Of a stretch of 64,000 nt of DNA, positions 20,430-32,400 are shown in pieces. Within the stretch, counting starts at the first letter, position 1. The number at the start of each line of letters is the position of its first letter. The notes under the pieces are model-generated. The model searched no databases. It saw only the letters and a program-made list of their open reading frames with translations, and had not been told where the DNA came from. The translations under genes and the position numbers were made by a program. Origin of the DNA: an endosymbiont of Galathealinum brachiosum. Its GTDB lineage: Bacteria > Pseudomonadota > Gammaproteobacteria > SZUA-229. The DNA lies in the NCBI GenBank assembly GCA_003349885.1, contig QFXC01000007.1, forward strand, positions 269,125 through 333,124, written 5' to 3'.

Positions 20430-21415
20430 TGGCATCCAGCCTGCCCTTAATTCCTCAGTTTTTTGAACGTTTTATACTCAAATGGGCAGAAAAACGTCAG
20501 CCCCTTACTCACCCTCAAATTACCATAAACCATCGTCAGTTATATATTTTGCCTACTCGTCATGGCATCACATATCTCTTTATATTATTGCTAATTCTGT
20601 TTGGCTCTATCAACTATGAAAACAGTCTGGGTTATATGCTGACGTTTCTACTGGTGGCACTGGGTTTTCTCGCAATGATCTATACCCACTTCAATATAAA
20701 CCAGCTTGTAGTAAAGCTGGGCCGCGCTGAACCTGTTTTTGCCGGGCAGGATATTTTATTTCCAGTCTATATTTCGCAAGTATCAAATATTACCCGTCCG
20801 AACTTAAAGCTACTTTCAGAAACCGGTCAAATATCAACTGCGCATTTAATTGAGACAACAGAAACCGAATGTAATCTTTCATTAAGCACACTTCATAGGG
20901 GATATATTTCACCCGGACGAATTAAGTTATCGAGTGAATACCCACTGGGATTATTTCATGCCTGGAGCTGGTTAAATCTTCAAAGCCAATGCCTGGTTTA
21001 CCCTGCTCCAGACTCACATCACCACCCTTTCAGTTTTTCAGAAGACGATAATCAGGGTTTAACTATTAGCGATAAGCAGGGTGTAGATGATTTTGCTGGT
21101 ATCAGACAATACCACGCGGGTGATTTACCTAACCATATGGCCTGGAAAGCAATCGCTAAAACAGGTGAACTACAGACAAAATTATTTAACCACGAAACTT
21201 CAAGAAAGATATGGATAAGCTGGAAAAACACCAGTGAAACCCTGGATATAGAGCAACGACTATCAATTTTATGTCGCATGATTATTGATGCCTGCGAAAA
21301 CAATACTGTTTATGGAGTAGATATACCGGGTACCAGTATTGCTCCATCTTCTGGCTTACAACATAAACACCAATGTTTAAAAGCGCTTGCCCTGTTTGGT
21401 CACAACGAACAATGA
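20429..21415 (+). CDS. DUF58-family protein (vWA-like partner of MoxR)
   Basis: Start overlaps the MoxR stop by 1 nt. It occupies the conserved middle position of the MoxR-DUF58-TgpA operon. Confidence 0.7.
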   Translation: MASSLPLIPQFFERFILKWAEKRQPLTHPQITINHRQLYILPTRHGITYLFILLLILFGSINYENSLGYMLTFLLVALGFLAMIYTHFNINQLVVKLGRAEPVFAGQDILFPVYISQVSNITRPNLKLLSETGQISTAHLIETTETECNLSLSTLHRGYISPGRIKLSSEYPLGLFHAWSWLNLQSQCLVYPAPDSHHHPFSFSEDDNQGLTISDKQGVDDFAGIRQYHAGDLPNHMAWKAIAKTGELQTKLFNHETSRKIWISWKNTSETLDIEQRLSILCRMIIDACENNTVYGVDIPGTSIAPSSGLQHKHQCLKALALFGHNEQ

Positions 21416-23391
21416 ATTTAAATAACCAGACAATAAATGCCCTTAGTCAATCGCCTGTATTCTGGGTTACATTGTCACTGGCATTTGTCATTACTCCTCA
21501 TCTGGGTCGGTTCCCAGCATGGTCAATTGTTCTTATAAGTGTTTTATTTTTATGGCGACTCGTATGCATAAAACATAAACGCTGGTTACCGCCTAAATTT
21601 TTTCTATTATTAATTAGTATATTATCATTAGCCGGAATATTTATATTTTTTGGCACGCTGATTGGAAAAACGGCAGGCTCTGTTGTGTTATCAATTTTAC
21701 TTGCCATTAAGCTACATGAAAGTCAGTCTCGCCGTGATTACATGTTATTAATATTTTTAAGTTTTTTTGTCATTGTTACTAATTTTCTGTTTTCACAAAG
21801 CATCCCAACTGTTATTTTTATGTTAATGGCTATAATATTTTTAATCATTAGCATGATTAGTATTAACCAGGGTTCAGCTCCCCTTAGTTTTAAATACAAA
21901 TCAAAATTCGCTGTAAAAATGCTACTGCAAGCTATCCCGCTCATGTTAATTATGTTTGTGCTATTCCCCAGAATATCAGGAACCTTATGGCAGCTTCCCG
22001 ATGACAATCTATCTTCTCAAAGCGGCTTGAGTGACAGCATGTCTCCTGGCAACATTTCTAACCTGATACAGTCAAACTCTGTTGCATTCCGGGTTAATTT
22101 TGAAAAAGAAATTCCCCAGCAAAACAAACTATACTGGAGAGCCCTTGTTTTATGGTATTTTGATGGTAAAACATGGGAACAGGGAAAACAAAATCTTTCA
22201 CCCGTTACGACATTATATCCACGGTCTAATGATTTAGTTAGTTACACAGTAACTATGGAACCACATCAGAAGAACTGGTTATTCGCATTAGATATCCCCT
22301 ACGATATACCTGACAATGCATTCTATACAAAAAACTATAATTTACGCACAAAGCAGAAAATAAATAGCCTTTATCAGTATAAAGTATCATCAATTTTTGA
22401 TTATATTATTCAAAGTAAAATAACACCGTGGGAAAAAAGTGCAGGACTTAAAATCCCCATAAATACAAACCCCCAAACTGTTCAGTTGGGTAAGCAACTA
22501 TCAAAACAATATAAGAATAAAGATGATATTGTGAATCATGTATTGAATCTTTTTAATAAAGAAAATTTTCATTACACGTTACGCCCACCATTAACGCCTG
22601 GATTTAATCCTGTCGATCAGTTTTTATTTAATTCACGCCGTGGCTTTTGTGAGCACTATGCCAGTAGTTTTACCTTACTGATGCGCGCAGCTGGCATACC
22701 GGCAAGAGTAGTTTTAGGTTACCAGGGGGGTACAGTAAACCCTTTAAATAAAGTAATGACCATTCGCAATAGTGATGCACATGCCTGGTCTGAAGTCTGG
22801 TTTAAAGACAGGGGCTGGGTACGTATTGATCCAACAGCAGCCATAGCACCTATGAGAATAGAACGTAACCTTGAGGCAGCATTAGCACCTTCTGAATATC
22901 GCCCATTTCATATGTTGATTAATAGCGGTTTCATTGAAGATGTTTTATTTTACTGGGATGCAGTCGATAATCAATGGAACGAATGGGTAGTTGGTTATGA
23001 TGAAAAAATTCAACAGGACTTATTAGAGGCGATAACCAGTAAAAAAATTAACCTTTCTGACATTATATTGATGCTGGTGATCAGTTTTAGCGTAATGATT
23101 ATTATTTTATCAATCATTATTTTCAAACCCTGGAAAAAACAGAAACTTGATCCTGTCGTGAAAACCTATAATAACTTCTGCAGGAAGTTAGACTCCAGAG
23201 GTATTCACAGAGAGATATATGAAGGACCATTAGATTTTTCAAAGAGAGCTATCAGGATATTACCGAACAATAAAAGTTCAATTGAGTTAATTACTCATTT
23301 GTATACAAAATTGAGGTATGAATCATCGAATAATGAAAAACAGTTTCACCAGTTCCGGCATCTCGTCAGAACGTTTAAACCATCTAAATGA
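21412..23391 (+). CDS. Transglutaminase-like membrane protein TgpA (DUF3488 + transglutaminase core)
   Basis: Catalytic Cys lies in RRGFCEHYAS, the His lies in DAHAWSEVW, and the Asp lies in RIDPT. It has an N-terminal polytopic region. An ATGA start/stop overlap with the DUF58 gene at 21412-21415 is preferred over the ORF-track start at 21373. Confidence 0.8.
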   Translation: MNLNNQTINALSQSPVFWVTLSLAFVITPHLGRFPAWSIVLISVLFLWRLVCIKHKRWLPPKFFLLLISILSLAGIFIFFGTLIGKTAGSVVLSILLAIKLHESQSRRDYMLLIFLSFFVIVTNFLFSQSIPTVIFMLMAIIFLIISMISINQGSAPLSFKYKSKFAVKMLLQAIPLMLIMFVLFPRISGTLWQLPDDNLSSQSGLSDSMSPGNISNLIQSNSVAFRVNFEKEIPQQNKLYWRALVLWYFDGKTWEQGKQNLSPVTTLYPRSNDLVSYTVTMEPHQKNWLFALDIPYDIPDNAFYTKNYNLRTKQKINSLYQYKVSSIFDYIIQSKITPWEKSAGLKIPINTNPQTVQLGKQLSKQYKNKDDIVNHVLNLFNKENFHYTLRPPLTPGFNPVDQFLFNSRRGFCEHYASSFTLLMRAAGIPARVVLGYQGGTVNPLNKVMTIRNSDAHAWSEVWFKDRGWVRIDPTAAIAPMRIERNLEAALAPSEYRPFHMLINSGFIEDVLFYWDAVDNQWNEWVVGYDEKIQQDLLEAITSKKINLSDIILMLVISFSVMIIILSIIIFKPWKKQKLDPVVKTYNNFCRKLDSRGIHREIYEGPLDFSKRAIRILPNNKSSIELITHLYTKLRYESSNNEKQFHQFRHLVRTFKPSK

Positions 23392-23455
23392 AATACAGGT
23401 AGCAGAAGTAGTGTGAAGATTTAGTTAAAAAATCCTCACACAGGGGCTCTTTGAA

Positions 23456-23857
23456 TTAATTAACAGCCTTACCCATTAAAGCAAAACATTTTACAAAGGC
23501 TGTAGATAAACGAGGGTCCTTTATCATTACAGCATAATCACCTTTCTTAAATTTAAGCTTACGTGATGTATATGCTAGCCCCAGTTTCATCAAACCAGGT
23601 GGTTTTGCTACAAGTGCCATCCAGTTTTCATTGGATGCTCGTAAATCCCAGTTAATTAGTTCCCCGTTAGGCGTGCCAGCAGTAATAATTTGACCATTGG
23701 AAATAGTTAATACTACACGAGGATCATCTTCCCCTTCTATTCCAAAAGCAACAACCGAATTGAAGTTTGATTGACCTAGTTCCTTCGCAATGCCATCGTT
23801 ACTGTTCCACAATTCTTTATAATTTGTAGCCCAGTCATTTGTAAATAATTCAGGCAT
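23456..23857 (-). CDS. Small SCP2-like or hypothetical protein
   Basis: 133 aa. There is a weak resemblance to SCP-2 sterol-carrier folds. This is low confidence. Confidence 0.3.
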   Translation of the reverse strand: MPELFTNDWATNYKELWNSNDGIAKELGQSNFNSVVAFGIEGEDDPRVVLTISNGQIITAGTPNGELINWDLRASNENWMALVAKPPGLMKLGLAYTSRKLKFKKGDYAVMIKDPRLSTAFVKCFALMGKAVN

Positions 23858-24044
23858 AAGCCATTGACCCCATTGTATTTTTCAACATTTTAAACGTATG
23901 CGGTGAAATTAGCAAAAAATGCTATTTGAATCCAGTAAATTCACACCACAGTCATCATTTAATAACAAATTATGTATATTAATTAGCAGAAAGCACTGTT
24001 TTCGGCTATGTTTAGCTAATATACGAACAAATAAGGAAAGAGTA

Positions 24045-24302
24045 ATGAAAGAAGTTAAGGGCGTGACCATTTACTTTAATGACGGCACAAAACTTGTGAT
24101 TGAATACCCTAAACAGGATGTCAATGAGTACGACATGGTCACTAAACTCAATGAAATGCTAGATAGCAGACACTTTCTGGTTGAATCAAACGGAGCCATG
24201 TTATTTATTCCCGTTGATAATATAAAATATCTTCAGGTATACCCTGCTCCCGAAAAGTTACCACCAAATACAATAACCGGTGCTACGATCCTGGAAGTAT
24301 GA
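24045..24302 (+). CDS. Hypothetical small protein
   Basis: ATG 24045 is preceded by AAGGAAAG. The longer ORF-track start at 23919 lacks an RBS. Confidence 0.3.
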   Translation: MKEVKGVTIYFNDGTKLVIEYPKQDVNEYDMVTKLNEMLDSRHFLVESNGAMLFIPVDNIKYLQVYPAPEKLPPNTITGATILEV

Positions 24303-24400
24303 TTTTTATAGCCTGATACTAGTTACTTCACAAGTATCTGAAACATAGATAAGAGTGTAGTAGCTATATTTTTATTAAATCCTGCCTAACTCAGCACCGA

Positions 24401-24979
24401 CTATTTAAGATCAGGAATAGAACTAAACAATTCAACCAGCAAACCATTTACTCTTTGTTGGCGACCATTGTCTGTATCTTCGATACCGGTAAAAACTTCT
24501 ACTGCACCACGCCACACCACATTATTTAACTGCGTATCAATCAGATCAACAATTAGAACGCCTTTTTCACGTGATTTTGCCTCTATACTATTTCCTCTCA
24601 AACCTGGAGACAGACCATATTTCAATGTCAGAGCAGTATCACTCATTTCAGATGCTAAAGACACATGGTACTGAATCATCATACTACTTTTAGGGCCCTG
24701 CTCCATCGGATAGGCTTTTTTACTGATTGCCTGAACAATCGCCTCATCAATTAATGCCGAAACGGAAAAACTGGATTTTTGAAGCCCTGCTGAAATATCA
24801 GCATGATTATCCGCCCATGAAAATGATTTCAGACTCGTCAATGAAAATTCAGGCTGAGCCACAACCACGACCGATGATCTCATTAATTCAGGGGTTACTT
24901 CCGCCTGAGCATTAAATGTGACTAAAGAAATACATACTAAATAAGCATAAATTGCCATTGCCATTTTTATTGATTTCAT
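24401..24979 (-). CDS. Periplasmic/secreted protein, possibly DUF4136-like lipoprotein family
   Basis: Cleavable signal peptide (MKSIKMAMAIYAYLVCISLVTFNAQA). Length is 192 aa. Confidence 0.4.
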   Translation of the reverse strand: MKSIKMAMAIYAYLVCISLVTFNAQAEVTPELMRSSVVVVAQPEFSLTSLKSFSWADNHADISAGLQKSSFSVSALIDEAIVQAISKKAYPMEQGPKSSMMIQYHVSLASEMSDTALTLKYGLSPGLRGNSIEAKSREKGVLIVDLIDTQLNNVVWRGAVEVFTGIEDTDNGRQQRVNGLLVELFSSIPDLK

Positions 24980-25084
24980 AAGTTGCCTTTTGAATGATTT
25001 ATAATCTTATCTAACTATATAATTCTGCTATTATGCCTAAATTCGGGTTCAACCTGAACCATAAAATATAATGGAACTATTTAT

Positions 25085-26203
25085 ATGAATAAACGCACTC
25101 GCCAGATACCCCACAAAACCCTGATTTGCCTACTTTCAGCTATTTCAGCTTTATCGCTCACTGCCTGTGGCAATGATAATAACGAAGTAAAAGCGGAAGT
25201 TATCAGACCAGCAAAAATTATTACGGTTGGTGACCCTCTTGCAGGTGTACAAAGAGTTTATCCCGGTGAGGTAGAAGCAGGTGACCGCTCTGAACAGGCT
25301 TTTCGTGTGGGGGGTGAACTGGTTAAGTTACCTGCGAAAGCCGGCTTAAAAGTTAAAAAGGGGCAACTGTTAGCTCAACTGGATGCTTCAGATTTTCAGT
25401 TACGTGTTGATGAACAACAGGCCAGATTTGACTTAACACAGGTACAGTTTGACCGAACCGAAAAACTGGTAAAGCAGCAATTAATACCTATATCCGATTT
25501 CGATACAGCAAAATCCAATCTGCTTGCAGCTAAAGCAGATCTAAGATTAGCTAAAGCCAATTTATCTTATACAGAATTACGTGCACCTTTCGATGGCGTT
25601 GTTTCAAAATTAAATGTAAAAAACCATGAAAACGTTAGAAAAAATGAAGTTGTTCTAGTTATTCAAACAGTTAATGATATTGATATTACCTTTCAATTAT
25701 CTGAAAACATCATCTCGAGACTAAAAAAAGGCAGTGATCAAAAAGCCCAACCAAAAGTTGTGTTTGATACCTACCCGGATAAGTCTTATGAAACATCCGT
25801 GAAAGAGTTTGACTCTGAAGCAAACGCGACAACTCGAACTTACAAAGTGACCCTCACAATGCCGTCTCCTAAAGATTTTATTGCATTGCCAGGCATGAGT
25901 GTAAATGTACATTTAAATTTCAACAAACTTGTGGAGTCTGAAACAGCTAAAATAGTCATACCGATTGAAGCCGTTTATTCTCCTGAAAATGATAACCTTA
26001 AATCACGCAGCTATCAGGTATGGAAACTTGATAATGACACAATGAAAACTCAGGCAACTAAAGTAACCATTGGGCAAATTACCAGTTCCGGAATTGAAAT
26101 AACATCAGGGCTAACATCAGGGGATCAGGTAATTACTGCGGGTGTTAACTTCATAAAAGAAGGCCAGACAGTAAAACCCTGGGTAAAAGAAGCAGGGCTT
26201 TAA
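25085..26203 (+). CDS. RND efflux periplasmic adaptor (MFP) lipoprotein
   Basis: Lipobox LSLTAC, with coiled-coil and beta-barrel adaptor architecture. It lies directly upstream of an RND permease gene. Confidence 0.85.
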   Translation: MNKRTRQIPHKTLICLLSAISALSLTACGNDNNEVKAEVIRPAKIITVGDPLAGVQRVYPGEVEAGDRSEQAFRVGGELVKLPAKAGLKVKKGQLLAQLDASDFQLRVDEQQARFDLTQVQFDRTEKLVKQQLIPISDFDTAKSNLLAAKADLRLAKANLSYTELRAPFDGVVSKLNVKNHENVRKNEVVLVIQTVNDIDITFQLSENIISRLKKGSDQKAQPKVVFDTYPDKSYETSVKEFDSEANATTRTYKVTLTMPSPKDFIALPGMSVNVHLNFNKLVESETAKIVIPIEAVYSPENDNLKSRSYQVWKLDNDTMKTQATKVTIGQITSSGIEITSGLTSGDQVITAGVNFIKEGQTVKPWVKEAGL

Positions 26204-26292
26204 AGAAATCTGTCAGGATTTTATAAATGGAAGATATTAAGTTTATAACTTTAATATCCCTTATTTCTCTACACTTAAAGTAATTCAACGCT

Positions 26293-29200
26293 ATGAATAT
26301 TGCAGAATTTTCTATACGTAACAAACTAATCAGCTGGTTAATCACCATCATTTTTCTTATTGGTGGCGCTTTTGCTTACAGCAAATTATCCAGACTGGAA
26401 GATCCTGAATTTACAATTAAAGATGCAGTTATTGTCACCCAGTATCCCGGTGCATCACCACAGCAGGTAGAAGAAGAAGTCACCTATCCTCTGGAAAATG
26501 CCTTACAGCAATTACAGTATGTAGATTACATTCGCTCAGTTTCTACCAATGGTCTTTCACAGATAACCGTGACCATGAAGCGTCAATACAATAGTAATGA
26601 CCTGCCACAGATCTGGGATGAATTACGACGCAAAGTAAACGACCTGGCACCCAGCCTTCCCCCCGGTGTCCAGCCCCCCTTTGTTAATGATGATTTTGGC
26701 GATATATTCGGTTTATTATTTGCTGTAATCGGTGATGGATATAGCTATCAGGAATTAAATGATTATGTCGATTACCTGCGTCGTGAACTGGTACTCGTTG
26801 AAGGTGTAGGTAAAGTCACAGTTGCCGGCAAGCAACAGGAACAGGTATTTGTTGAAATTGCCCTTAGTCGAATGACGCAACTGGGCATACCTTATCAACG
26901 CATTTATGAAATTCTTGCCACACAGAATATTGTTTCAAATGCCGGTGCCATAAAAATTTCATCTGAAAACATACGCTTTCACCCAACAGGTGAATTTCAA
27001 AATGTAAAAGAACTGGAAGACCTGTTAATCAGTAGCCCCGGTGACCAGAACCTGCTTTATTTAAGAGATGTAGCCACTGTTAGTCGTGGTTTTCAGGAAG
27101 TACCCACTCACCTTATGTCCCTTGATGGACGACAGGCCATTTCTCTAGGTGTTTCATTTGCCTCAGGGTTTAATGTTGTTGATGTTGGTAAACGCATCGA
27201 CGATAAACTGAAGGAACTTGAATATGCACGCCCCTTAGGCATTGAGTTATCAACACTTTATGACCAGCCAAAACTGGTTGAGGCATCAATTAAAGCTTTT
27301 GCTGTCAACTTGCTTGAAGCCGTTGCTATTGTAATTATTGTACTGCTTGTTTTTATGGGCATACGAAGCGGATTATTGATCGGTTTAATCCTCTTTCTTA
27401 CGGTTATTGGCACCTTTACCTTTATGAAATTACAGGGCATTGATTTACAGCGAATTTCACTGGGCGCGCTGATTATTGCTCTCGGTATGCTGGTTGATAA
27501 TGCCATTGTTATTACTGAAGGCATACTCATTGGTATACAACGTGGTAAAACAAAAATAGAAGCTGCAAGCGCCATTGTAAAACAGGCAATCTGGCCTCTT
27601 TTAGGTGCGACGGTTATTGCGGTTACTGCATTTGCACCCATCGGTTTATCACAGGATTCTACCGGGGAAATGCTCGGTTCACTGTTTTATGTTCTGCTTT
27701 ATTCATTACTCCTGAGCTGGTTTACGGCAATCAGTTTAACGCCTTTCTTTGCAGATATGATTTTAAAAGACAAGGATTCCGACACAGATGACTCTGACCC
27801 ATATCAGGGAGCATTTTTTAAAGCCTTTAAAGGTGTACTGGATACCTGCTTAAGACATAAATGGATAACAGCTGGCACCACGGTTGGTTTACTGGTGCTC
27901 TCTATTTACGGATTTCAGCAGGTCAAAGTTGTTTTCTTCCCTGCAATGACAACACCGATGGTACTGGTTGATTACCGTAAAGAACATGGTACGGATATAC
28001 GCCAGACATTTAAAGAAATTCAGGCTGTAGAACAGTGGATATTACAACAGGACAACGTTGTGAAAGTAAGCTCAAATACGGGCAAAGGTGGCACACGTTT
28101 TATGCTGACTTACTCGCCAGAAAAAATATTTTCCAGCTATGGTCAGCTTATGGTTGAGTTCGAAGACTATAAACAGATTGACCCATTCATCGCATCAATC
28201 AGTCAGCATTTAGATGACCAGTATTCAGATGTAAATTATGACTTTAAAAAATTCGAATTAGGCCCCAGTAAAGACGGCAAAATAGAAGCCCGATTCTCTG
28301 GACCTGACCCGGATGTTTTACGTCGACTTTCCATTCAGGCAAAAGATATTTTACATCAACAACCGAATGTTGTGGGTATCCGCGATGACTGGAAAAAACG
28401 CACCAAGGTCGTTAGACCCCAGTTTTCTGAAGCTCAGGCCAGACGTGCAGGCATTAGTAAACAGGATCTTGATGACGTGTTACAAATGAGTTATTCAGGA
28501 AAATCTATCGGACTGTATCGTGATGGCACAACCCTGCTTCCCATCATTGCACGCCCACCTGAAGATGAACGTTCAAATATTGATACCATTCACAGCCTGC
28601 AAATATGGAGCCCTGTTTATGAACGTTATATTTCAATTGAACAGGTAGTGAGAGAGTTCACCGTTGAATGGGAAGATGCGGTTATTAATCGACGCGATAG
28701 AAAACGTACCATTACGATTATCGCAAATGCAAACCTGTTAGGCGAAGAGACATCTAACGATTTATACAAAAAAGTTAAACCCGCAATTGAAGCGATTGAA
28801 CTGCCAAAAGGTTACAGTTTAGTCTGGGGCGGTGAAGCAGAAAGTTCTGCGGATGCAAATGGAGCATTGATGGGGGCAATACCCATGGGGGTGATCGTTA
28901 TGTTTATCATTACCGTATTGTTGTTTAACACGATTAAACAACCATTGGTAATCTGGTCACTGGCTCCTATGGCCATTATTGGCGTGGCGTTTGGTTTATT
29001 AATTACCAACTCTGCATTTACCTTTATGGCGTTACTTGGTTTCATCAGTTTAGTAGGCATGTTACTTAAAAACGGTATCGTTCTGGTAGATCAGATCAAT
29101 CTGGAACTTCATGAAGGCAAACACCTTTATCACGCCATTTTTGATTCAGCTGTAAGTCGTGTTCGCCCCGTATCGATGGCTGCTGCAACAACTATTTTAG

Positions 29201-29352
29201 GTATGATTCCATTACTGTTTGATGCCTTTTTCTCATCCATGGCAGTAACGATTATGTTTGGTTTAGGTTTTGCTACGGTATTAACATTAATTGTTGTACC
29301 GGCAATCTATGCCATCGTTTATAAGGTTGAATATATTCCATTAGAAAAATAA
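26293..29352 (+). CDS. RND efflux permease (AcrB/HAE-1 family)
   Basis: 1019 aa with 12-TM topology and two large periplasmic loops. Confidence 0.9.
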   Translation: MNIAEFSIRNKLISWLITIIFLIGGAFAYSKLSRLEDPEFTIKDAVIVTQYPGASPQQVEEEVTYPLENALQQLQYVDYIRSVSTNGLSQITVTMKRQYNSNDLPQIWDELRRKVNDLAPSLPPGVQPPFVNDDFGDIFGLLFAVIGDGYSYQELNDYVDYLRRELVLVEGVGKVTVAGKQQEQVFVEIALSRMTQLGIPYQRIYEILATQNIVSNAGAIKISSENIRFHPTGEFQNVKELEDLLISSPGDQNLLYLRDVATVSRGFQEVPTHLMSLDGRQAISLGVSFASGFNVVDVGKRIDDKLKELEYARPLGIELSTLYDQPKLVEASIKAFAVNLLEAVAIVIIVLLVFMGIRSGLLIGLILFLTVIGTFTFMKLQGIDLQRISLGALIIALGMLVDNAIVITEGILIGIQRGKTKIEAASAIVKQAIWPLLGATVIAVTAFAPIGLSQDSTGEMLGSLFYVLLYSLLLSWFTAISLTPFFADMILKDKDSDTDDSDPYQGAFFKAFKGVLDTCLRHKWITAGTTVGLLVLSIYGFQQVKVVFFPAMTTPMVLVDYRKEHGTDIRQTFKEIQAVEQWILQQDNVVKVSSNTGKGGTRFMLTYSPEKIFSSYGQLMVEFEDYKQIDPFIASISQHLDDQYSDVNYDFKKFELGPSKDGKIEARFSGPDPDVLRRLSIQAKDILHQQPNVVGIRDDWKKRTKVVRPQFSEAQARRAGISKQDLDDVLQMSYSGKSIGLYRDGTTLLPIIARPPEDERSNIDTIHSLQIWSPVYERYISIEQVVREFTVEWEDAVINRRDRKRTITIIANANLLGEETSNDLYKKVKPAIEAIELPKGYSLVWGGEAESSADANGALMGAIPMGVIVMFIITVLLFNTIKQPLVIWSLAPMAIIGVAFGLLITNSAFTFMALLGFISLVGMLLKNGIVLVDQINLELHEGKHLYHAIFDSAVSRVRPVSMAAATTILGMIPLLFDAFFSSMAVTIMFGLGFATVLTLIVVPAIYAIVYKVEYIPLEK

Positions 29353-29366
29353 AACTGTAATGCTTC

Positions 29367-29394
29367 TGTAGGTGCTCCTTCAGGTGCACCTACA
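29367..29394. terminator. Bidirectional hairpin between convergent RND permease and UvrA-like genes
   Basis: tgtaggtgctcc-ttca-ggtgcacctaca, a stem of about 11 bp with one mismatch. Confidence 0.5.
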
Positions 29395-29406
29395 AACTTA
29401 TTCACA

Positions 29407-32400
29407 TCAATTAATAAGCTCTTTCAGATAAACGCCAGTATGAGACTTCTTACGTTTACAAATTATTTCAGGTTTACCCTGAGCCACAACTTTACCCCCG
29501 TATTTTCCACCTTCCGGCCCCATATCAATTACCCAGTCTGATTCCGCAATAACATCAAGATTATGCTCAATAACAATAACTGAATTACCCGCATCAACTA
29601 AACGATGTAAAACCCGTAACAATTTTTCCACATCCGCCATATGCAAACCCACCGTGGGTTCATCCAGAATATATAAATTATGCTGGCGAATTTTTGCCGT
29701 TGGACTGGTATTGGCTTTGGCCAGCTCTGCCACTAGCTTAATTCGTTGAGCCTCGCCTCCACTTAATGTCGGGCTTTGTTGGCCTAATGTTAAATAACCT
29801 AAACCAACATCCTGTAATAACTGTAATGCATGGTGCAATTTCGGAATAGCTGAAAAATATTCTGTGGCTGTTTTTACATTCATGCCAAGCACTTCACCAA
29901 TATGTTTGTCTTTATAACGAACTGACAACGTTTCATCATTAAAACGCCAGCCATGACAAACTTCACACTCCACCCTGACATCAGGAAGAAAATTCATTTC
30001 AACCTTACGCATACCGTGACCACCACAGGCATCACATCGACCATCACCCGCATTAAATGAAAAACGCCCGGGTTTGAATCCTTTTAATCGCGCATCAACA
30101 GTATCTGAAAATAGTTTTCGAATTGTATCCCAGATACCAATATAGGTTGCCGGACATGAACGTGGCGTTTTTCCAATAGGCGTTTGATCGACCTCCAGAA
30201 TTCTTTGTATAGATTCCCAGCCTTTAATCTCTTTACAGCCTTGCCAGCTAATTTTTTTATTACGCCCTGCTTTGCTTCGTTGATTATTTATCGCCGTTTT
30301 TAAGTTTCCATGTAAAACCGATCTAATCAATGTGCTTTTACCACTGCCACTCACACCAGAAACACTAACCAGTTTTCGTAAGGGTATAACAACCTCTATA
30401 TTTGTCAGATTATTCTGAACAGCACCTACTATTTTAATTTTCTCAGCTTCCAGTAATGAACGTTTTTCATTATCACGTAAATCATTCATCGGGTGACGCA
30501 GCGGACTTGAAATAAACTGCCCGGTTAATGATTTTTTATTCTTTATCATCTGCTTCAACGTACCGTGCGCGACAACTTCCCCCCCCTCTATTCCGGCGCC
30601 TGGCCCCATATCAATGAGATAATCGGCTTCACGAATGGTATCTTCATCATGCTCGACTACTAAAACTGTATTGCCCTGCTGCTGTATTTGACGAAGTGTT
30701 TTAATCAACCGCTGGTTATCACGCGCATGCAGGCCTATTGTCGGCTCATCTAAAATATAACAGACACCTTGCAAGTTAGAGCCTAGCTGTGATGCAAGAC
30801 GAATACGCTGTGCTTCACCACCACTTAAAGTTGGTGCAGATCGATCCAGTGTTAAATAATTCAAACCAACACGCTGCAGAAAACTTAAACGACCTGACAT
30901 CTCCTGTAATAAATCACGCGCAATTATCTGTTCTTTTTGTGTTAACTTTAATTTAGAAAACCATTTCTCCGAATCATCAACCGACATGGCTGCCAGCTGT
31001 GCAATAGACATCTTACGAAAACGTACCGCAAGAGCAGTTTCATTTAAGCGTTGACCATCACAGGTTTTACACTGCGTAGAAACATCATCTTCATTTTCTA
31101 ACCATGCTCCTTCTTCACCTGTCTGCTCTTCGTCGAAATCTTTTATTGTCTCACCCGTGCCATAACAGGAATCACACCAGCCATGTTTAGAGTTATAAGA
31201 AAACAAACGCGGATCCAGCTCATCAAAACCTTTACCACATGAAGGGCAGGCCCGTTCAGTTGAAAAAAGTCTTTCACCTACCTGTTTCTTTGTTGCTTTA
31301 AGCGGCTCAACAATAACGATACCATTACCTACATCTAATGCCTGCTGTAATAAATCAGCACATTCTTTTTCTTTATTGGCGGCTATTTTTAATTTCCCAA
31401 TGGGTAACTCAATATCATGCTCTTTATAACGGGCTAATTTAGGCCAGTCACTGGTTGATACATATTCGCCATCAACCCGTAACTGCTGATAACCTTTAGT
31501 ACTGGCCCATTTGGCCAGTTCGTTATAAATACCCTTACGCGCAACAACCATCGGTGCCAGTAAAGTAACTTCACGCCCACGATAATCTTTCTGCACCATG
31601 GCCAGAATGGCATCTAATGACTGAGGCTCTATTGCCACTTCACATTCAGGGCAATACTGTGTTCCCAGCTTCACGTAAAGCAAACGCATAAAGTGATAAA
31701 TTTCTGTTAATGTTGCAACGGTACTTTTACGTCCACCCCTGCTTGTACGCTGCTCAATAGCAACCGTAGGAGGAATGCCATGAATAGCATCCACGTCAGG
31801 CCGAGATGCGGGTTGTACAAACTGTCTAGCATAAGCATTTAACGACTCCAGATAACGCCGTTGTCCTTCGCCAAAAACAATATCAAATGCAACCGTACTT
31901 TTACCACTGCCACTCACTCCGGAGATAACGGTGAACTTATTACGGGGTATTTCAATATCTACATTTTTTAAATTATTTTCACGCGCATGATGAATTTGAA
32001 TAGACTGATTTACTTTTGTTTCTCGTGTATTAACCGGCAACGCTTTTATTAATTCGGTCTTTGATAAATTAAACGAAGCTTCATATTCACGTAATGCAAC
32101 TGAGGTATATGAGTCACCCTGCACCGCAATCTGCTGAGGGTAACCCTGTGTAACTAACTGCCCACCACCATCACCACCTTCCGGGCCAATATCGATTAAC
32201 CAGTCTGCACTGCGTATCACATCCAGGTTATGCTCAATCACCAATAGTGAATTACCCGCATCGATCAACTGCTGAAATGCTTTCATCAAGGTAGAAATAT
32301 CATCAAAGTGCAAACCGGTAGTTGGCTCATCAAATAGAAAAAGTGTGCCCTTAACCGTTTTTTTCAACTTTGATTTTTTTCCCGTCTGTTTTTTCTTATT

